DNA from: Paragordius varius
Taxonomy: Eukaryota; Animalia; Nematomorpha
Assembly (NCBI GenBank): GCA_964247055.1
Contig: OZ176051.1
Span: 124,001 to 188,000, forward strand
Direction: 5' to 3'
Length of the DNA: 64,000 nt
Position 1 is the stretch's first letter. Each line of letters opens with the position of its first letter. Position numbers and translations under genes: made by a program. Positions 55,301 through 64,000 of this stretch are shown one piece after another. The notes under the pieces were generated by a model. The model worked only from the letters and a program-made list of their open reading frames with translations. It was not told the origin of the DNA and did no database searches.

Positions 55301-57419
55301 TGAATTTTTTAAATATTTAAAAAATTTATTTTATACGATTTTAAAAATAAAAATGGCTACCTAAAATCCAAATTTGATCAGGTGATGTCACTATAATTTT
55401 TTTGGGTAGCCCTATGGTAGTTCCATCATCACCCCAAATATTTTGGGGATCGGACTATAAATGTAATTTTTATGAATTTTTTAAATATTTAAAAAATTTA
55501 TTTTATACGATTTTAAAAATAAAAATGGCTACCTAAAATCCAAATTTGATCAGGTGATGTCGCCATAATTTTTTTTGGGTAGCCCTATGGTAGTTCCATC
55601 ATCACCCCGAATACTTTGGGGATCGGACTATAAATGTTATTTTTATGAATTTTTTAAATATTTAAAAAATTTATTTTATACGATATTAAAAATAAAAATG
55701 GCTACCTAAAATCCAAATTTTATCAGGTGATGTCACCATAATTTTTTTTGGTTAGCCCTATGGTAGTTCCATCATCACCCCAAATATTTTCGAGATCGGA
55801 GTATAAATGTAATTTTTATGAATTTTTTAAATTAAAAAATTTATTTTATACGATTTTAAAAATAAAAATGGCTACCTAAAATCCAAATTTGATCAGGTGA
55901 TGTCGCCATAAATTTTTTTGGGTAGCCCTATAGTAGTTCCATCATCACCCCAAATATTTTAGGGATCGGAGTATAAATGTAATTTTTATGAATTTTTTAA
56001 ATATTTAAAAAATTTATTTTATACGATTTTAAAAATAAAAATGGCTACCTAAAATCCAAATTTGATCAGGTGATGTCGCCATAATTTTTTTTGGGTAGCC
56101 CTATGGTAGTTCCATCATCACCCCAAATATTTTGGGGATCGGACTATAAATGTAATTTTTATGAATTTTTTAAATATTTAAAAAATTTATTTTATACGAT
56201 TTTAAAAATAAAAATGGCTACCTAAAATCCAAATTTGATCAGGTGATGTCACTATAATTTTTTTGGGTAGCCCTATGGTAGTTCCATCATCACCCCAAAT
56301 ATTTTCGAGATCGGAGTATAAATGTAATTTTTATGAATTTTTTAAATATTTAAAAAATTTATTTTATACGATATTAAAAATAAAAATGGCTACCTAAAAT
56401 CCAAATTTGATCAGGAGATGTCACCATAATTTTTTTTGGGTAGCCCTATGGTAATTCCATCATCACCCCAAATATTGTCGAGATCGGAATATAAATGTAA
56501 TTTTTATGAATTTTTTAAATATTTAAAAAATTTATTTTATACGATTTTAAAAATAAAAATGGCTACCTAAAATCCAAATTTGATCAGGTGATGTCACCAT
56601 AATTTTTTTTGGGTAGCCCTATGGTAATTCCATCATCACCCCAAATATTGTCGTGATCGGAGTATAAATGTAATTTTTTTGAATTTTTTAAATATTTAAA
56701 AAATTTATTTTATACGATTTTAAAAATAAAAATGGCTACCTAAAATCCAAATTTGATCAGGTGATGTCTCCATAATTTTTTTTGGGTAGCCCTATGGTAG
56801 TTCCATCATCACCCCAAATATTTTGGGGATTGGACTATAAATGTAATTTTTATGAATTTTTTAAATATTTAAAAAATTTATTTTATACGATTTTAAAAAT
56901 AAAAATGGCTACCTAAAATCCAAATTTGATCAGGTGATGTCACTATAATTTTTTTGGGTAGCCCTATGGTAGTTCCATCATCACCTCAAATATTTTGGGG
57001 ATCGGACTATAAATGTAATTTTTATGAATTTTTTAAATATTTAAAAAATTTATTTTATACGATTTTAAAAATAAAAATGGCTACCTAAAATCCAAATTTG
57101 ATCAGGTGATGTCACCATAATTTTTTTTGGGTAGCCCTATGGTAGTTCCATCATCACATCAAATATTTTCGAGATCGGAGTATAAATGTAATTTTTATGA
57201 ATTTTTTAAATATTTAAAATATTTTATACGATTTTAAAAATAAAAATGGCTACCTAAAATCCAAATTTGATCAGGTGATGTCACTATAATTTTTTTGGGT
57301 AGCCCTATGGTAGTTCCATCATCACCTCAAATATTTTGGGGATCGGACTATAAATGTAATTTTTATGAATTTTTTAAATATTTAAAAAATTTATTTTATA
57401 CGATTTTAAAAATAAAAAT

Positions 57420-60400
57420 GGCTACCTAAAATCCAAATTTGATCAGGTGATGTCACCATAATTTTTTTTGGGTAGCCCTATGGTAGTTCCATCATCACCC
57501 CAAATATTTTCGAGATCGGAGTATAAATGTAATTTTTATGAATTTTTTAAATATTTAAAAAATTTATTTTATACGATTTTAAAAATAAAAATGGCTACCT
57601 AAAATCCAAATTTGATCAGGTGATGTCGCCATAATTTTTTTTGCGTAGCCCTATGGTAGTTCTATCATCACCCCAAATATTGTCGAGATCGGAGTATAAA
57701 TGTAATTTTTATGAATTTTTTAAATATTTAAAAAATTTATTTTATACGATTTTAAAAATAAAAATGGCTACCTAAAATCCAAATTTGATCAGGTGATGTC
57801 GCCATAATTTTTTTTGGGTAGCCCTATGGTAGTTACATCATAACCTTAAATATTTTTGAGATCGGACTTTAAATGTAATTTTTATGAATTTTTTAAATAT
57901 TTAAAAAATTTATTTTATACGATTTTAAAAATAAAAATGGCTACCTAAAATCCTAATTTGATCAGGTGATGTCGCCATAATTTTTTTGGGTAGCCCTATG
58001 GTAGTTCCATCATCACCCCAAATATTTTCGAGATCGGAGTATAAATGTAATTTTTATGAATTTTTTAAATATTTAAAAAATTTATTTTATACGATTTTAA
58101 AAATAAAAATGGCTACCTAAAATCCAAATTTGATCAGGTGATGTCACCATAATTTTTTTTGGGTAGCCCTATGGTAGTTCCATCATCACCCCAAATATTG
58201 TCGAGATCGGAGTATAAATGTAATTTTTATGAATTTTTTAAATATTTAAAAAATTTATTTTATACGATTTTAAAAATAAAAATGGCTACCTAAAATCCAA
58301 ATTTGATCATGTGATGTCACTATATTTGGGTAGCCCTATGGTAGTTCCATCATCACCCCAAATATTTTGGGGATCGGACTATAAATGTAATTTTTATGAA
58401 TTTTTTAAATATTTAAAAAATTTATTTTATACGATTTTAAAAATAAAAATGGCTACCTAAAATCCAAATTTGATCAGGTGATGTCACCATAATTTTTTTT
58501 GGGTAGCCCTATGGTAGTTCCATCATCACCCCAAATATTTTCGAGATCGGAGTATAAATGTAATTTTTATGAATTTTTTAAATATTTAAAAAATTTATTT
58601 TATACGATTTTAAAAATAAAAATGGCTACCTAAAATCCATTGATCAGGTGATGTCGCCATAATTTTTTTTGGGTAGCCCTATGGTAGTTCCATCATCACC
58701 CCAAATATTTTCGAGATCGGAGTATAAATGTAATTTTTATGAATTTTTTAAATATTTAAAAAATTTATTTTATACGATTTTAAAAATAAAAATGGCTACC
58801 TAAAATCCAAATTTGATCAGGTGATGTCGCCATAATTTTTTTTGCGTAGCCCTATGGTAGTTCTATCATCACCCCAAATATTGTCGAGATCGGAGTATAA
58901 ATGTAATTTTTATGAATTTTTTAAATATTTAAAAAATTTATTTTATACGATTTTAAAAATAAAAATGGCTACCTAAAATCCAAATTTGATCAGGTGATGT
59001 CGCCATAATTTTTTTTGGGTAGCCCTATGGTAGTTACATCATAACCTTAAATATTTTTGAGATCGGACTTTAAATGTAATTTTTATGAATTTTTTAAATA
59101 TTTAAAAAATTTATTTTATACGATTTTAAAAATAAAAATGGCTACCTAAAATCCTAATTTGATCAGGTGATGTCGCCATAATTTTTTTGGGTAGCCCTAT
59201 GGTAGTTCCATCATCACCCCAAATATTTTCGAGATCGGAGTATAAATGTAATTTTTATGAATTTTTTAAATATTTAAAAAATTTATTTTATACGATTTTA
59301 AAAATAAAAATGGCTACCTAAAATCCAAATTTGATCAGGTGATGTCACCATAATTTTTTTTGGGTAGCCCTATGGTAGTTCCATCATCACCCCAAATATT
59401 GTCGAGATCGGAGTATAAATGTAATTTTTATGAATTTTTTAAATATTTAAAAAATTTATTTTATACGATTTTAAAAATAAAAATGGCTACCTAAAATCCA
59501 AATTTGATCAGGTGATGTCGCCATAATTTTTTTTGGGTAGCCCTATGGTAGTTCCATCATCACCCCAAATATTTTCGAGATCGGAGTATAAATGTAATTT
59601 TTATGAATTTTTTAAATATTTAAAAAATTTATTATATACGATTTTAAAAATAAAAATAGCTACCTAAAATCCAAATTTGATCAGGTGATGTCGCCATAAT
59701 TTTTTTTGCGTAGCCCTATGGTAGTTCCATCATCACCCCAAATATTGTCGAGATCGGAGTATAAATGTAATTTTTTTGAATTTTTTAAATATTTAAAAAA
59801 TTTATTTTATACGATTTTAAAAATAAAAATGGCTACCTAAAATCCAAATTTGATCAGGTGATGTCGCCATAATTTTTTTTGGGTAGCCCTATGGTAGTTA
59901 CATCATAACCTTAAATATTTTTGAGATCGGACTTTAAATGTAATTTTTATGAATTTTTTAAATATTTAAAAAATTTATTTTATACGATTTTAAAAATAAA
60001 AATGGCTACCTAAAATCCTAATTTGATCAGGTGATGTCGCCATAATTTTTTTGGGTAGCCCTATGGTAGTTCCATCATCACCCCAAATATTTTCGAGATC
60101 GGAGTATAAATGTAATTTTTATGAATTTTTTAAATATTTAAAAAATTTATTTTATACGATTTTAAAAATAAAAATGGCTACCTAAAATCCAAATTTGATC
60201 AGGTGATGTCACCATAATTTTTTTTGGGTAGCCCTATGGTAGTTCCATCATCACCCCAAATATTGTCGAGATCGGAGTATAAATGTAATTTTTTTGAATT
60301 TTTTAAATATTTAAAAAATTTATTTTATACGATTTTAAAAATAAAAATGGCTACCTAAAATCCAAATTTGATCAGGTGATGTCGCCATAATTTTTTTTGG

Positions 60401-63400
60401 GTAGCCCTATGGTAGTTACATCATAACCTTAAATATTTTTGAGATCGGACTTTAAATGTAATTTTTATGAATTTTTTAAATATTTAAAAAATTTATTTTA
60501 TACGATTTTAAAAATAAAAATGGCTACCTAAAATCCAAATTTGATCAGGTGATGTCACCATAATTTTTTTTGGGTAGCCCTATGGTAGTTCCATCATCAC
60601 CCCAAATATTGTCGAGATCGGAGTATAAATGTAATTTTTATGAATTTTTTAAATATTTAAAAAATTTATTTTATACGATTTTAAAAATAAAAATGGCTAC
60701 CTAAAATCCAAATTTGATCAGGTGATGTCGCCATAATTTTTTTTGGGTAGCCCTATGGTAGTTCCATCATCACCCCAAATATTTACGAGATCGGAGTATA
60801 AATGTAATTTTTATGAATTTTTTAAATATTTAAAAAATTTATTTTATACGATTTTAAAAATAAAAATGGCTACCTAAAATCCAAATTTGATCAGGTGATG
60901 TCGCCATAATTTTTTTTGGGTAGCCCTATGGTAGTTACATCATAACCTTAAATATTTTTGAGATCGGACTTTAAATGTAATTTTTATGAATTTTTTAAAT
61001 ATTTAAAAAATTTATTTTATACGATTTTAAAAATAAAAATGGCTACCTAAAATCCTAATTTGATCAGGTGATGTCGCCATAATTTTTTTGGGTAGCCCTA
61101 TGGTAGTTCCATCATCACCCCAAATATTTTCGAGATCGGAGTATAAATGTAATTTTTATGAATTTTTTAAATATTTAAAAAATTTATTTTATACGATTTT
61201 AAAAATAAAAATGGCTACCTAAAATCCAAATTTGATCAGGTGATGTCACCATAATTTTTTTTGGGTAGCCCTATGGTAGTTCCATCATCACCCCAAATAT
61301 TGTCGAGATCGGAGTATAAATGTAATTTTTTTGAATTTTTTAAATATTTAAAAAATTTATTTTATACGATTTTAAAAATAAAAATGGCTACCTAAAATCC
61401 AAATTTGATCAGGTGATGTCGCCATAATTTTTTTTGGGTAGCCCTATGGTAGTTACATCATAACCTTAAATATTTTTGAGATCGGACTTTAAATGTAATT
61501 TTTATGAATTTTTTAAATATTTAAAAAATTTATTTTATACGATTTTAAAAATAAAAATGGCTACCTAAAATCCAAATTTGATCAGGTGATGTCACCATAA
61601 TTTTTTTTGGGTAGCCCTATGGTAGTTCCATCATCACCCCAAATATTGTCGAGATCGGAGTATAAATGTAATTTTTATGAATTTTTTAAATATTTAAAAA
61701 ATTTATTTTATACGATTTTAAAAATAAAAATGGCTACCTAAAATCCAAATTTGATCAGGTGATGTCACCATAATTTTTTTTGGGTAGCCCTATGGTAGTT
61801 CCATCATCACCCCAAATATTGTCGAGATCGGAGTATAAATGTAATTTTTATGAATTTTTTAAATATTTAAAAAATTTATTTTATACGATTTTAAAAATAA
61901 AAATGGCTACCTAAAATCCAAATTTGATCAGGTGATGTCGCCATAATTTTTTTTGGGTAGCCCTATGGTAGTTCCATCATCACCCCAAATATTGTCGAGA
62001 TCGGAGTATAAATGTAATTTTTTTGAATTTTTTAAATATTTAAAAAATTTATTTTATACGATTTTAAAAATAAAAATGGCTACCTAAAATCCAAATTTGA
62101 CCAGGTGATGTCGCCATAATTTTTTTTGGGTAGCCCTATGGTAGTTACATCATAACCTTAAATATTTTTGAGATCGGACTTTAAATGTAATTTTTATGAA
62201 TTTTTTAAATATTTAAAAAATTTATTTTATACGATTTTAAAAATAAAAATGGCTACCTAAAATCCAAATTTGATCAGGTGATGTCACCATAATTTTTTTT
62301 GGGTAGCCCTATGGTAGTTCCATCATCAACCCAAATATTTTCGAGATCGGAGTATAAATGTAATTTTTATGAATTTTTTTAAATATTTAAAAAATTTATT
62401 TTATACGATTTTAAAAATAAAAATGGCTACCTAAAATCCAAATTTGATCAGGTGATGTCGCCATAATTTTTTTGGGTAGCCCTATGGTAGTTCCATCATC
62501 ACCCCAAATATTTTCGAGATCGGAGTATAAATGTAATTTTTATGAATTTTTTAAATATTTAAAAAATTTATTTTATACGATTTTAAAAATAAAAATGGCT
62601 ACCTAAAATCCAAATTTGATCAGGTGATGTCACCATAATTTTTTTTGGGTAGCCCTATGGTAGTTCCATCATCACCCCAAATATTGTCGAGATCGGAGTA
62701 TAAATGTAATTTTTTTGAATTTTTTAAATATTTAAAAAATTTATTTTATACGATTTTAAAAATAAAAATGGCTACCTAAAATCCAAATTTGATCAGGTGA
62801 TGTCGCCATAATTTTTTTTGGGTAGCCCTATGGTAGTTACATCATAACCTTAAATATTTTTGAGATCGGACTTTAAATGTAATTTTTATGAATTTTTTAA
62901 ATATTTAAAAAATTTATTTTATACGATTTTAAAAATAAAAATGGCTACCTAAAATCCAAATTTGATCAGGTGATGTCACCATAATTTTTTTTGGGTAGCC
63001 CTATGGTAGTTCCATCATCACCCCAAATATTGTCGAGATCGGAGTATAAATGTAATTTTTATGAATTTTTTAAATATTTAAAAAATTTATTTTATACGAT
63101 TTTAAAAATAAAAATGGCTACCTAAAATCCAAATTTGATCAGGTGATGTCGCCATAATTTTTTTTGGGTAGCCCTATGGTAGTTCCATCATCACCCCAAA
63201 TATTTACGAGATCGGAGTATAAATGTAATTTTTATGAATTTTTTAAATATTTAAAAAATTTATTTTATACGATTTTAAAAATAAAAATGGCTACCTAAAA
63301 TCCAAATTTGATCAGGTGATGTCGCCATAATTTTTTTTGGGTAGCCCTATGGTAGTTACATCATAACCTTAAATATTTTTGAGATCGGACTTTAAATGTA

Positions 63401-64000
63401 ATTTTTATGAATTTTTTAAATATTTAAAAAATTTATTTTATACGATTTTAAAAATAAAAATAGCTACCTAAAATCCTAATTTGATCAGGTGATGTCGCCA
63501 TAATTTTTTTGGGTAGCCCTATGGTAGTTCCATCATCACCCCAAATATTTTCGAGATCGGAGTATAAATGTAATTTTTATGAATTTTTTAAATATTTAAA
63601 AAATTTATTTTATACGATTTTAAAAATAAAAATGGCTACCTAAAATCCAAATTTGATCAGGTGATGTCACCATAATTTTTTTTGGGTAGCCCTATGGTAG
63701 TTCCATCATCACCCCAAATATTGTCGAGATCGGAGTATAAATGTAATTTTTTTGAATTTTTTAAATATTTAAAAAATTTATTTTATACGATTTTAAAAAT
63801 AAAAATGGCTACCTAAAATCCAAATTTGATCAGGTGATGTCGCCATAATTTTTTTTGGGTAGCCCTATGGTAGTTACATCATAACCTTAAATATTTTTGA
63901 GATCGGACTTTAAATGTAATTTTTATGAATTTTTTAAATATTTAAAAAATTTATTTTATACGATTTTAAAAATAAAAATGGCTACCTAAAATCCAAATTT
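57420..64000. repeat. Array domain D: short-period HOR (mostly 3-mer) anchored by divergent monomer gttacatcataaccttaaatatttttgagatcggacttt
   Basis: Anchor at 57833, 59034, 59898, 60416, 60935, 61453, 62145, 62837, 63356 and 63874, giving spacings of 7, 5, 3, 3, 3, 4, 4, 3 and 3 monomers. Confidence 0.9.

Larger units (their letters stand above)
15401..57400. repeat. Array domain C: mosaic of reshuffled multi-monomer blocks marked by gatgtctttggg, ggggatcctata (BamHI), gatcagatgcac, caggagatg and ccgaatacttt variants
   Basis: 14 copies of the 12 bp deletion variant (17897-50412), 10 BamHI variants (18634-52180) and 9 gatcagatgcac variants (18900 to about 55207), none outside this interval. 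Boundaries are approximate. Confidence 0.8.
1..64000. repeat. Tandem satellite DNA array, 173 bp monomer, about 370 copies, single orientation, running past both window edges
   Basis: The same unit (gaattttttaaatatttaaaaaatttattttatacgattttaaaaataaaaatggctacctaaaatccaaatttgatcaggtgatgtcaccataattttttttgggtagccctatggtagttccatcatcaccccaaatattttcgagatcggagtataaatgtaatttttat) recurs from base 1 to 64000 with only substitutions and small indels. The consensus has 45 G+C in 173 bp (26%). Monomer size and long-array form are typical of eukaryotic heterochromatic or centromeric satellites, but chromosomal location cannot be told from sequence. Confidence 0.99.

Noticed and set aside
1-64000. CRISPR array
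   Set aside because: There are no unique spacers; the entire 173 bp unit repeats and no cas genes are present.
1-64000. Identity with known satellites of similar size (primate alpha 171 bp, Arabidopsis about 178 bp) or a species assignment
   Set aside because: Only the length is similar; I do not recognise their sequence motifs here. A BLAST, Dfam or Repbase search of the consensus is needed.
1-64000. Inversions, retroelement insertions, telomeric repeats, rRNA/tRNA genes
   Set aside because: Reading start to end, every monomer is in the same orientation and no non-satellite sequence or RNA-gene hallmark was seen.
57420-64000. Idea that the order of monomer variants encodes information like a code
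   Set aside because: The patterns are adequately explained by nested duplication, deletion and conversion; nothing in the sequence points to a reader or function.
1-64000. Calling the array a functional centromere
   Set aside because: Monomer size, HORs and dyads are compatible but not diagnostic; CENP-A/CenH3 mapping or cytology is required.

Overview
The whole 64 kb window is one uninterrupted head-to-tail satellite array on a single orientation. It holds about 370 copies of a 173 bp monomer that is about 74% AT; 2193-2365 is a perfect consensus copy. I found no genes, transposon insertions, inversions or unique sequence, and I cannot assign the organism or satellite family. What is worth examining is the internal organisation. 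The monomer is rich in dyad symmetry (a 24 bp perfect palindrome, a 12 bp inverted repeat and small hairpins) and has a 71 bp, 94% AT segment. Diagnostic variants divide the array into about four domains with different monomer subfamilies. Local higher-order repeats (HORs) of 1, 3, 5, 8-11 and 14 monomers are layered with long-range duplications 4-24 kb apart. There are also stepwise mutation series, a foreign patch and microhomology deletions. I see no evidence of a new protein- or RNA-encoded system. The findings concern satellite structure and evolution, and all spacings were counted by hand from marker variants.
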